In this document: positions 22,936 to 32,662 of the stretch, in pieces | Numbering within the stretch: position 1 is the first letter of the stretch | Layout: each line of letters starts with the position of its first letter | NCBI RefSeq assembly: GCF_001194135.2 | Contig: NC_068990.1 | Span: 3,966,029 to 3,998,690 of the forward strand | DNA length: 32,662 nucleotides | From: Octopus bimaculoides | Taxonomy: Eukaryota | Direction: 5' to 3' | Made by a program: the position numbers and the translations under genes | The notes under the pieces: generated by a model | Databases searched by the model: none | The model's input: only the letters and a program-made list of their open reading frames with translations | Told to the model about the DNA's origin: nothing

Positions 22936-23174
22936 CTGAAACACAAAATGGACAGTAGGTAAGTAACTAATACATTTGAAGTTATTATATGAAGGAAGAG
23001 TGAAAGTTTATAAATGAAAGATGCTTTTCTCTATGACACGCCTGTTACTGGTTCCCATTGAACAAGTCCAGTATATCTTTAGTTAACAGTTCTCATTGAA
23101 ATTTTAAAATCAATTCATTCGCTCAATGCCGTCTGTTTGTGTATTTTACTAAGGATAATGGGTCTCCTTTCAGA

Positions 23175-23175
23175 A

Positions 23176-23207
<32 letters not shown>

Positions 23208-23272
23208 ATAGAGGTGACGGCGGCAGCGGCGGCAGCGGCGGCAGCGGCGGCAGCGGCGGCAGCGGCGGCAGC
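23175..23272. repeat. (TAG)n followed by a (GGCGGCAGC) 9-bp repeat, about 6 units
   Basis: Directly visible. Confidence 0.95.
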
Positions 23273-23848
23273 AATGGCGCTTGTGGTAAGTGGTGATTGT
23301 GGTAAGTGAGCAGACTAGTAGTTTTTTAACAATAGGTTTGATTACAAATACTTCAGAGGAGTTTTCTGCATACTAAACAGAGATATGACTGAGTCCAACA
23401 CGTAATATAATGAGCTGAAAAACTTTCGATCAATTGAGATCAACCAAGCAATTAATTGACAAATACTCCATCTAGAAATGTTTCAAATCTAAAATCAGCA
23501 TGGCAAGGAAGATAACCCAAACAAATACATTCACAACTAGAATGCTCTCCATAAATATTAGATTTTCCCTAGCTGATGTCTGGTAGATTTCCCCCCCCCC
23601 CCCGAAATCTGAATGATGATAGGCAAAGTTGATCATGACTCTACGATTCCACTAGCTTATGCGTTCTACTTGTTGATATATTTCATGGGTCCCGTTCATA
23701 GAAGATCAGTAGTTTGACTAAACACAATCTAGTATCACAATCTTGTAGTGATCTTAGCAGTTATACAGATACATAAGAGAATGTTCTTTGCCCTCGAGTA
23801 ATAGCGATCGTTAGTTTTATCCCATGGCATTACATAAGACAAGCATAG

Positions 23849-24047
23849 GGCGGCGAGCTGGCAGAAGCGTTAGCACGTCGGGCGAAATGCTTAGTGGTAT
23901 TTCGTCTGTCTTTACGTTCTGAGTTCAAATTCCGTCGAGGCCGTTCATCCTTTCGAGGTCGATAAATTGAGTACCAGTTGCGTATTGGGTCGATTAAATC
24001 AACTGGCCTCCTCCCCAAAAATTTCAGGCCTTGTGCATATAGTAGAA
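23849..24047 (+). mobile_element. tRNA-derived SINE, family A, full length
   Basis: ggcggcgagctggcagaagcgttagcacgtcgggcgaaatgcttag...gagttcaaattcc...gtcgataa...gtaccagttg...ggccttgtgc...tagaaa. Confidence 0.93.
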
Positions 24048-24084
24048 ATCTTATGCTTGTCTTATATAAATAAGACAAGCATAA

Positions 24085-24295
24085 GATGATGAGCTGGTAC
24101 CATCGTTAGTACTCTGGACAAAATTACTTAGCAGCATTTCCTCTGTCTTTACGTTCTGAGTTCAAATTCCGCCGAGGTCGACTTTGCCGTTCATCTGCTC
24201 GAGGTCGATAAAATAAGTACCAGTTGAGCACATGCGTCGATGTAATCGACTAGTCACCCCGCAAATTCCATGCCTTGTCCCTCTCGTAGAAAAGC
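24085..24295 (+). mobile_element. tRNA-derived SINE, family A, second tandem copy
   Basis: Collinear with 23849-24047. Confidence 0.9.
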
Positions 24296-25309
24296 TTATA
24301 TAAGATAAGCACGTTCATATTTGTAGTTAAATCTATATACTCTGAGTTTAAAGATAATCAGGACGACCTTGCCTTTCTTTATCATCCGGAGTCGATGAAA
24401 TAAATATCAGTCATGGCCTGGCATCGATCCACAATCGAGTATTACTTTCCTTTCGCACAAAATCTGACTTTGCATCAATGTAGGAAATCGATATAATACA
24501 GTCATCGCACAAGTGACGGGACGGCTAATAAAAAAAAAATGGAAGCCAAAACAGGAGGAAGAAAAAGAAGGGGAGAGGGAGAGAGAGAGAAGAGAAGAGA
24601 AAGGAGTCAGAAGATAAGAAAAGAGAGGGAGGGAGAAAGTAATTTAGTTGTTTATTGAGCAACAGAGTATATAAGCAAAAATAACAAATATGAGCAACAA
24701 AATAACAGCAAATGTAAATAACAGAATAACAGAAAGATGTGGGTATTGACTGATAAACTAAGTGATAACTTTTGGTGCCGAAACAATATTAGTTCCTATA
24801 TTGCAATATTCTGGAAAATTCCAGAACAAAACAGTCATTGTTGAATCTACAGTAAGGCTGGTTGATTTATTCTTTCTTCTTGATTTTTGTTGTTGCTTGT
24901 TTGTTTGTTTGTGTGTTTTTTGGCGGAGCGTGGAGGGGGGGGGGCAAGTATGGGAGATATTTCTTCGTATTTGATATTATTTTTTGTTGTTTACTTGAAG
25001 GGTGTTTTTTTTTTTTTGTTATTGTTGTTATATCATGGAGCATTCTCAATTGTTTCTGTAACAATAAAGAATACAAGAGATTTGTTAATAATTAAAAGTC
25101 TTCTTTCGACTATCTCGTCTCTCTTTTTTTTTGTTTTTGTTTTTTGTTTGTTTGTTTTTTTTCTTTTTTCTCTTATGTCGTTCTTTCCATTCATTCACTA
25201 CTACACAATAAAACACGAGGCGGAAATTTAAAAACCAAAATAAAATATAAAGCTCACAAACAAAACACGGAGGAAATCTGTGGAAAAGTGAATAGAAAAA
25301 CCGAAAGCA

Positions 25310-25359
25310 GATAATGATGATTATCATGATGATACTACGATTACTACTACTACTACTAC

Positions 25360-25410
<51 letters not shown>
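25310..25410. repeat. (GAT)/(TAC)/(AAT)n microsatellite
   Basis: Directly visible. Confidence 0.95.
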
Positions 25411-25412
<2 letters not shown>

Positions 25413-25661
25413 TAAATTGTTAGATAGTTCAACAGTTTCTAATTTGTAGGCACCTTGTAATTTGACATTATTGACTAAGAGACAGTTATATTACGTTCTG
25501 CTGAAAGTGTTGCACTTAAAAATATTGTAGGAGATTGGTTATTTTCGATTAGTAACTAATAAATTCTGTATGTTCCTGGTATTATATTCTGCGAGGTTTT
25601 TTTTATGTATTTATTAAGAATTATTAACTGGATTATTTGATATTTGTTCCTCTATTGTCCA

Positions 25662-25679
25662 CATACACACTCACATACA

Positions 25680-25755
<76 letters not shown>

Positions 25756-25804
25756 NNNNNNNNNNNNNNNNNNNNNNNNNNNNNNNNNNNNNNNNNNNNN
25801 NNNN
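25662..25804. repeat. (CA)n microsatellite running into an assembly gap (N at 25756-25804)
   Basis: Directly visible. Confidence 0.97.
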
Positions 25805-26010
25805 CGTTTTGCATCTTCCCCCCACCTCTATAGATTTCTCAATATTTCACGTTTGGTTGAGTTTCAGAGAGGAAGGAAAGTGTTTTTTATCTTTTATATA
25901 GTTTCGTTCCATAATCAATGAAAACAGGAATGATATAGCATTCCACAGCTAGCGTCAGGTTAAAATGTTTCGAATTCCAGCAACAGTACTATGATATATA
26001 TAGCACTATA

Positions 26011-26011
<1 letters not shown>

Positions 26012-26068
<57 letters not shown>

Positions 26069-26082
26069 GCGTGTGTGCGTGC
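26012..26082. repeat. (TG)n microsatellite
   Basis: Directly visible. Confidence 0.97.
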
Positions 26083-26305
26083 AGATGTTCTAGATACATC
26101 GTCAGTGATGTGTTTGGGTTCTCATGAGTATCGGATAATTCAACATTAGACCCCTCGCATTGTGAGCCATCAGAGGTTGATCAAGTTAAATTTAGCATCC
26201 CAACTGCAGTAAATTACAGGTTTGTCTATATATATGCGTGTATGTATGTGTATATCGTGTATATATATATATATATATATATATACATACAAACATACAT
26301 ATATA

Positions 26306-26536
26306 CAGGGTTGGCCAAAAGTCACCCGACAGTAAATCAAAATTCCATAAATACTTAATATTCAATTTAATTTATTCATTCCAGTTATAAATGTTTACAA
26401 GAAGGACTTCAGTGTGAACAAATTCCATGCCGTTTCATGTTTAGATGCTTCTATTAAATTCGTTCAGTTGTTAAACATAAATAAATCTTGGAATTAAAGT
26501 TTTGATTTACTGTCAGATAACTTTTAGCCAATCCTA
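26306..26536. mobile_element. Tc1/mariner-type MITE with about 37-bp TIRs
   Basis: TA|cagggttggccaaaagtcacccgacagtaaatcaaaa matches the reverse complement of ttttgatttactgtcagataacttttagccaatccta; inserted in a TA-rich tract. Confidence 0.85.
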
Positions 26537-26569
26537 CATACATACATACATTCATACATACATACATAC

Positions 26570-26615
<46 letters not shown>

Positions 26616-27002
26616 NNNNNNNNNNNNNNNNNNNNNNNNNNNNNNNNNNNNNNNNNNNNNNNNNNNNNNNNNNNNNNNNNNNNNNNNNNNNNNNNNNNNN
26701 NNNNNNNNNNNNNNNNNNNNNNNNNNNNNNNNNNNNNNNNNNNNNNNNNNNNNNNNNNNNNNNNNNNNNNNNNNNNNNNNNNNNNNNNNNNNNNNNNNNN
26801 NNNNNNNNNNNNNNNNNNNNNNNNNNNNNNNNNNNNNNNNNNNNNNNNNNNNNNNNNNNNNNNNNNNNNNNNNNNNNNNNNNNNNNNNNNNNNNNNNNNN
26901 NNNNNNNNNNNNNNNNNNNNNNNNNNNNNNNNNNNNNNNNNNNNNNNNNNNNNNNNNNNNNNNNNNNNNNNNNNNNNNNNNNNNNNNNNNNNNNNNNNNN
27001 NN
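26616..27002. other. assembly gap (N)
   Basis: Run of N preceded by (TA)n. Confidence 1.
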
Positions 27003-27013
27003 TCTATGCCCAC

Positions 27014-27104
27014 GGGCATATGGCGTAGTGTTTAAGAGCGCGGGTTACTAACCCTAAGATTCCGAGTTCGATTCCAGGCAGTGACCTGAATAATAAGGAT
27101 GATG

Positions 27105-27155
<51 letters not shown>
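27014..27155 (+). mobile_element. short tRNA-derived SINE (tRNA head plus (AAT)n tail)
   Basis: A-box tggcgtagtgtt, anticodon-like arm ggg-ttactaa-ccc, B-box gagttcgattcc, no proper acceptor stem, simple-repeat tail. Confidence 0.75.
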
Positions 27156-27156
<1 letters not shown>

Positions 27157-27157
27157 G

Positions 27158-27395
27158 CTTATATGATCTTGTTAATATTTTCCAATTTAAATTATAGCTA
27201 ATTCCCTCATCCTTAAGTTCCCATATATAGCTACTTAACCCTGTAGAATTTCTCCTATTTCTGTTTCTAAATGTATAGTTATGATAATTAAGTCTCTTTT
27301 TCATATTAATTTTGGCGCACCCACATATACCTTGCTGTCATATTGTGTACTTGCTATACATTGATATACTACCTCCTTTCTAATGCAGTTATTAT
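27158..27395 (-). mobile_element. Penelope-like element, GIY-YIG endonuclease fragment
   Basis: NNCIRKEVVYQCIASTQYDSKVYVGA, then (after a frameshift) KKRLNYHNYTFRNRNRRNSTGLSSYIWELKDEGISYNLNWKILTRS: the VVY...YVG motif and the conserved R, H and LS.YIWELK blocks. Confidence 0.85.
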
Positions 27396-27409
27396 TAAAT
27401 AATAACTGT

Positions 27410-27685
27410 GAAGGTGCATGGCTCAGTGGTTAGAACGTCGAGCTAAAGATCGTGAGGCTGTGAGTTCGAATTCCGGACCGGGCTGCGTGGTCGGGATACT
27501 ACACCTTCATGATAACAAAATACCGCTACGTATTTTGTTTCAAAGGCATAAAAAATATAGTATAAGCGGGATCAGTTGTGATTCTCCGTTCCCTGCATGG
27601 ATGCGTGTCTTGTTAAAGTGCCCTATGATCGAAGTCATTGTCATCATTGATCACTAATTGACGAACGTGATACTTTAGACATCCT
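27410..27685 (+). mobile_element. tRNA-derived SINE, family C (decayed)
   Basis: gaaggtgcatggctcagtggttag (A-box), gtgagttcgaattcc (B-box); 3' boundary approximate. Confidence 0.6.
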
Positions 27686-27799
27686 TCTGATCTGTTTTAC
27701 TTTCACTCTTTTATTTATTTTAAAACTTTATTTCACTTATTTAATTTTTCATTCAGAAGTTGCTAAGTCTTGAACAAGTTTGACAGACGCACCTTCACT

Positions 27800-27940
27800 A
27801 TTTCTAAAAGCAGGCGCAAAAACTCAAATTTTGGCTGAAGGTATAGCCAATTAAATGAACCCCAGTACTTGACTGGTATATAATCTTGTCGATTCCGTTT
27901 GGATAAAAAGCAAAGTTGACTCCAGTGAGATTTGAATGCA
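27800..27940 (-). mobile_element. SINE family A, 3' fragment
   Basis: ccccagtacttgactggta...gtcgattcc...aaagcaaagttgac..gatttgaa. Confidence 0.7.
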
Positions 27941-28899
27941 TACTATAAAGGAGAACAACTAGATACCACAAAGCATTTTATATGCTTTTGTATAACTATG
28001 GACTGTTTCGTCTCACTCCAACTTTTACATTATGCCTCTTCCTTTTTTCTTTTTCGTTTCTTCATTTGGTCACCAGATTTTTATTTTGAACATTGGGTGA
28101 TCAGAATCTGTAAAAACACTTCTTTTTATTGACGTCATGTTTACAGGAGTTGTGAGTTCGAGTCCTACTAGCAGCTTTCTTAGAGATTTACTATTACTAC
28201 AAAGAATTCTTTCTTTTTTCTTTTTGTTTCTTTTTTAAACAAAAGCAAATCTCAATAATAAAATTAGGTATCTCAATCCAATGCTTTCTTAATGTATTTA
28301 TATCATAATTACATGGCTGTATTGCTTTTTCCCAATGAAGAAACCAATAATAAAAGCACTATCATCGTTCTGATTCATTTCCTGAGAATTTAAAACATTG
28401 ATTGCTTACATTTATTAAGGATGAAAATGTAATTAGAAATGCAAACAAATTACATTTATACACTTTAAATACAAACTAAATATATTTAGATACAAAATAT
28501 ATTGTACTTTTTTTATATTTGTAAACGCAAACATTTTTAAAAATTTAGATAACAGCTGTAAATCCATTATCTCTTATCAGTTTTTCTAATTTAAAAATGA
28601 AAAGAAAAGAAAATTCTTGTTGGAAATTCTAAATCTCTCATGTCAGAACAAAACAAAATGTGAGGATCGATTTTTAAACTATATAGATATGATTACGGAA
28701 AAGAAATAGAGCGTGTAAGGGCAAAAATTTATGCTTGTATAAATGCCGCAATTTGTGCGACAACCAAACAAGAATGTCAGTATATGCATTTCGAGCTCTC
28801 AGTGTCATCATCAGTATTATTTATCAAGTGGGACAACTCCGAAATGACTAAAAGCTTTCGTTTTCTTAAAAGAAATTAGTAGAGATCTACTACCGAGTG

Positions 28900-29460
28900 T
28901 TGAGAAATAAACAAATTTTTCTGTCAGTTCCCAATATGTCTCAACATGTGCCAAACATATTTGACTTCCAAAATAAGCTCTTTTCACTGCGGTTTGCCAT
29001 GAAAAACATTCTCGCTTTGGGCAAAAAGTGTAAAACACCAAAGTGCTTCTGGACTTATATACGTATTTCGTAAGCATGGAATACCAGCCATTGTGGTTTC
29101 CTGAAGCTGGTGGTCATCTACGACTCAGTGAAAGTAAGTTAGCGAGATTTATTCGGGCACCCAGAGATATTTATGAAAATATCTCGCTCGCTATCACCGG
29201 GAAAATGGTTTTTAAATGCTCATCAAGATCGGATGGATGTAAAGAGAAGGTACAAGTTTCTTGAAATATTTAAACCTCTCTAAGTGGATTACTGGATTAC
29301 AAGGTGAACTTTGGCAACTCGTAGCGGGATTTTTGTTTGTTTTGTTTGCTAATAGCGTAAGTAATCTGTATTTTCATGAGGATAGCAGTGCAGATCAGCA
29401 ATTAGGGATTTGCACAGACAATGTAGATAGGGTCATTAAACCAAGCCCCGCATATTGAAA
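28900..29460 (+). mobile_element. decayed LINE ORF2 fragment (EN-RT linker and start of RT), CR1/L2-like
   Basis: KKCKTPKCFWTYIR (like K.NPK.FW.YIR), GFLK...DS.K...DLF, and FLKYLNLSK...LVAGFLFVLFANS (like LK.L..SK...LA..L..LF..S). Confidence 0.42.
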
Positions 29461-29691
29461 GTGTCGATTCAAATGTGGAAAGTTTATATGAACTGGATAG
29501 GCATTCTTGATATTCGAAATTTATTGAGGATGACTGAAAAGATGAAGTGGGAGCTGAAAGAAGTCGGAGTAGAATCGGCAAGATCAGTAAAAAGCTTTCG
29601 ACATATGTGGGGAGTTAGTGGCTAACTCAAAAGTGGCTGAGCTAATTTAATTTTTACTAACCCGTTGATAGTCACTGCATTAAATATATTG

Positions 29692-29906
29692 ATTTCAAAT
29701 TTTGATCGGAGACCAGAAATTTTGGGGAAAGGATTAAGTCGATTATATTGACCCCAGTGATCAACTGGTACTTTATTTTATTGACCAGGAAGGATAAAAG
29801 GCAAAGTCGATCTCAGCAGAATTTGAATTCAGAACGTAAAGATGGACGAAATACCACTAGGCATTTTTCCCGGCGTGCCAATGGTTCTGCCAGCTTGCTG
29901 TCTTCA
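29692..29906 (-). mobile_element. tRNA-derived SINE, family A, full length
   Basis: Reverse complement is collinear with 23849-24047 (ttctgccagcttgc at the head, aatttgaattcagaacgtaaaga, aaggcaaagtcga, tttcaaattttg). Confidence 0.9.
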
Positions 29907-30098
29907 CTGCTTTAAATAAATCAAAACCAATACGACTAAGATTTTGAAGTCTTATCTTGAGATTAATTATTTTTTTAATGCAGATTCCCTCAGTGCTTTT
30001 CTTTTAAGTATACTTTATTTTTCACTCCGTACTTCTTTTACAGGCTCAGTTCTAAATTGTAAAATAAAAGGATTAACACCAGTTATTTCACGAGCCAA

Positions 30099-30310
30099 TG
30101 ATGGAGCCTCTATACTGTCCCATGACCTACTGGAAATAGCAGTCTAGTTGCTCTCAAAGTACGCCTTTTACATTTTAAAGTACCAGGAAGTACATATCAG
30201 AATAAAATAGACTAACAAACAATATGTGGGAATAAAAGTTGAGCTGGTCATGGTTGACCGTATTTGATTATAGACCAGCTTGATCGCGGTAGATATAGAC
30301 AGGGACCTTG
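30099..30310 (-). mobile_element. SINE-like family D
   Basis: ggagcctcta...gacctactggaaatagcagtc is the reverse complement of the 18401 and 18604 ends. Confidence 0.6.
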
Positions 30311-30487
30311 CAAGTAAACAATAACAGGGAATTTTACAACAGTTTCTGACAGGTGATAAAATTATTTTCTATCTACTATGAATTCAAATTTCCTAACAAA
30401 CTACCCAAGTATCTACTTTTCGCCATCTGCCACTTCCTTTTCTGTTCATATTATCTTGCTACACACACACACACACACATGCGTACA

Positions 30488-30760
30488 CACACTATGGCTG
30501 ACATTTTCATTTATTTTGCCATACATCCAACACTTATCGTGCTGTCTTCTGTCAATATTCGCTTTAACAAGGCTTATTCTAGCCACTTGTTCTTGTTCAG
30601 AGATAATTCAAAGTTTCTGTTTCTTTCTTTAGTCTTCCTTCGTTCAGCCAATTTCACTGTTATCTTTACAGTATCTCCTATTTCCTTGACAGGCTCTTCA
30701 TGTAAAACATTTCATTTCCCCCCCCCCCTGCTCTCGTTTTCCTTTCGCAATATAATCTTT
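30488..30760 (-). mobile_element. R4/Dong-clade (RLE-type) LINE fragment, region between RT and the CCHC finger
   Basis: LHEEPVKEI...WLNEGRLKKETETL / EQEQVARISLVKANIDRRQHDKCWMYGKINENVSHSV parallels LHG...WL..G.LK.ETE.LI.AAQEQA.RT..IKA.ID....KCRMCG...ETV.HI. Confidence 0.75.
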
Positions 30761-30992
30761 TTTTCTCCTGATTCGATTCACTCACCATTGATCTTCCTGT
30801 CTGTAAGTCCGAAGGTAAATAGAATTAATCTATCGTCGAATTTCACTCCACTGCAAGCCCATATATGCTTTTAGTATAGGACACGTTATGCAAGCTTTAG
30901 AATCAAGTGTTCTGTTTTAACTGCGAAATTAAATTTCATGGTTATTCCATTCGTGATATTAAATATCTACCGATAAAATAGAAATTTCTTTT

Positions 30993-31486
30993 NNNNNNNN
31001 NNNNNNNNNNNNNNNNNNNNNNNNNNNNNNNNNNNNNNNNNNNNNNNNNNNNNNNNNNNNNNNNNNNNNNNNNNNNNNNNNNNNNNNNNNNNNNNNNNNN
31101 NNNNNNNNNNNNNNNNNNNNNNNNNNNNNNNNNNNNNNNNNNNNNNNNNNNNNNNNNNNNNNNNNNNNNNNNNNNNNNNNNNNNNNNNNNNNNNNNNNNN
31201 NNNNNNNNNNNNNNNNNNNNNNNNNNNNNNNNNNNNNNNNNNNNNNNNNNNNNNNNNNNNNNNNNNNNNNNNNNNNNNNNNNNNNNNNNNNNNNNNNNNN
31301 NNNNNNNNNNNNNNNNNNNNNNNNNNNNNNNNNNNNNNNNNNNNNNNNNNNNNNNNNNNNNNNNNNNNNNNNNNNNNNNNNNNNNNNNNNNNNNNNNNNN
31401 NNNNNNNNNNNNNNNNNNNNNNNNNNNNNNNNNNNNNNNNNNNNNNNNNNNNNNNNNNNNNNNNNNNNNNNNNNNNNNNNNNNNNN
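30993..31486. other. assembly gap (N)
   Basis: Run of N followed by (TA)n. Confidence 1.
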
Positions 31487-31534
<48 letters not shown>

Positions 31535-31619
31535 TCATATTTTTATAATTCCGAGCAGTAGATAACTGGTCAGAATACTACCGACAGTTTCACGCTTGGC
31601 AATACTGCACTCGAGATTA

Positions 31620-32325
31620 TTGACGACTCTTCAGACATGCTTAGGACAGCATTTATATGCCTAGTTCTGACACCCACAAGAGAAACGACCACCAGAAAAT
31701 CTTCTGGTGTGCCCCAATGTACAAATCCCCGTGGGAGTGACTTCCTTAGAAAATTGCATAAGTATTTTACACAGGACCACACGTATGGGAAATTATTGAA
31801 TAGGCATAATTTAAAGGTATTTTTCAGCTGTGCACCTGAAATCAAAAATATATCAGTGGACATTCTAAGGCTTGGTGCTGAGGCAGGATGCTCATGTAAG
31901 GTTAATAGTGTGCATCCAGTAAATGGTTAATGCAACATAGGGTCTGTGTTCAATGAAGCAGAAGTGGTGTCGCCAAAAACAACAGAGGGACACACACAAA
32001 AAAATATGTTGATGTAACAAGGAGCCTCTTTAATGTCTGATTAAATAATCACAGATCCGTTTTTAGAATAGAAAAGAGGCGCCATGTTACAACGTTTTCT
32101 ATCTATATGTGGTGATTAAAAGAGGAAGTAACGCACTACAAAATTTATAGGATACTGCTAGAACCACCTGGACCATATCTGAATGGAAGTAGACGTTGCA
32201 AGCTTTTCTTAGTCGAAAGGTGAGTCATTAAAAATATCCACATGATTCGAATACATTACTGAACTGAAACTCAAAAAGCAAAATATTTCGTTGCTGCCTT
32301 CACGAACGGAAATACGTTTTGGTAA
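31620..32325 (+). mobile_element. Penelope-like element, end of RT plus Cys-rich linker and GIY-YIG endonuclease (pseudogenised)
   Basis: QKIFWCAPMY / FLRKLHKYFTQDHTYGKLLNRHNLKVFFSCAPEIKNI / CSCKVNSVHPVNG*CNIGSVFNEAEV / KYVDVTRSLFNV*LNNHRSVFRIEKRRHVTTFSIYMW*LKE / PYLNGSRRCKLFLVE / LLN...CCLHERKYVL is collinear with the PLE ORF C-terminus, with several stops and frameshifts. Confidence 0.9.
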
Positions 32326-32662
32326 CGTCGTCGTCCCTATTTTCAGAGTATCGAACGAAAGATATGTACACACATAGGTCAATATAAAGATCCTTACTTG
32401 AGAACAACAACAACAAAAAATTAACCGGTCTAGTCGGTGTTAACATGTATGTGGAAAACGAATATGAAAAAAAATGCGCGCTGACGACCCTGGGAGTGGG
32501 GAGAGGACTTTCGGAAAATTCACAAGATCCGATTTTTCCGTCATAACTCCCGGTAAAATAGATATATATTGATCTTTTTTACGGAATCCCACGTTTTTGG
32601 TCATGGAGGATCAGATTCTGAAAAAAAAATTTTCAAAAAATCGCATTTTCAAAATTTCAACT

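Noticed and set aside
27014-27086. Possible tRNA with an ACT anticodon
   Set aside because: No acceptor stem, a short stem pairing, and an (AAT)n tail; a SINE head is more likely.
28313-28381. Possible 69-nt minus-strand exon EMNQNDDSAFIIGFFIGKKQYSH (ctcag acceptor, gtaatt donor)
   Set aside because: Weak donor, no recognisable protein, and its phase does not fit the better readings of the 22.9-kb exon.
29060-29105. LIYVFRKHGIPAIVVS, resembling a Ty3/Gypsy integrase motif
   Set aside because: There is no following DNG..F or PQSNG..ER motif, and another frame fits a LINE linker over a longer span.
12766-31538. ORFs of 100-340 aa containing X runs
   Set aside because: They stay open only because they cross N gaps.
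32470-32662. Possible DNA-transposon terminus at the window end
   Set aside because: It is truncated by the window edge and no TIR or TSD can be verified.

Overview
AT-rich, repeat-dense eukaryotic genomic DNA with six assembly gaps, most next to (TA)n or (CA)n tracts. The SINE families, microsatellite load and transposon mix resemble a coleoid cephalopod, probably Octopus (inference, no database search). I find no prokaryotic genes, CRISPR arrays, rRNA or intact tRNA genes. Most ORFs in the supplied track are microsatellite or N-gap artefacts. The window is mainly a transposon graveyard: many tRNA-derived SINEs of about five families, five or six decayed Penelope-like (GIY-YIG) retroelement fragments, three decayed LINE fragments (one R4/Dong-like), two mariner fragments and several MITE/foldback elements. 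One unique stretch (about 22.2-23.0 kb) looks like a host terminal exon plus 3'UTR on the minus strand. The most notable signals are a minimal hammerhead-ribozyme-like motif at the end of a Penelope remnant, a perfect 158-bp chimeric duplication 3.2 kb apart, a 230-bp-arm foldback, and a SINE dimer joined by a perfect hairpin. I found no convincing new multi-gene system.
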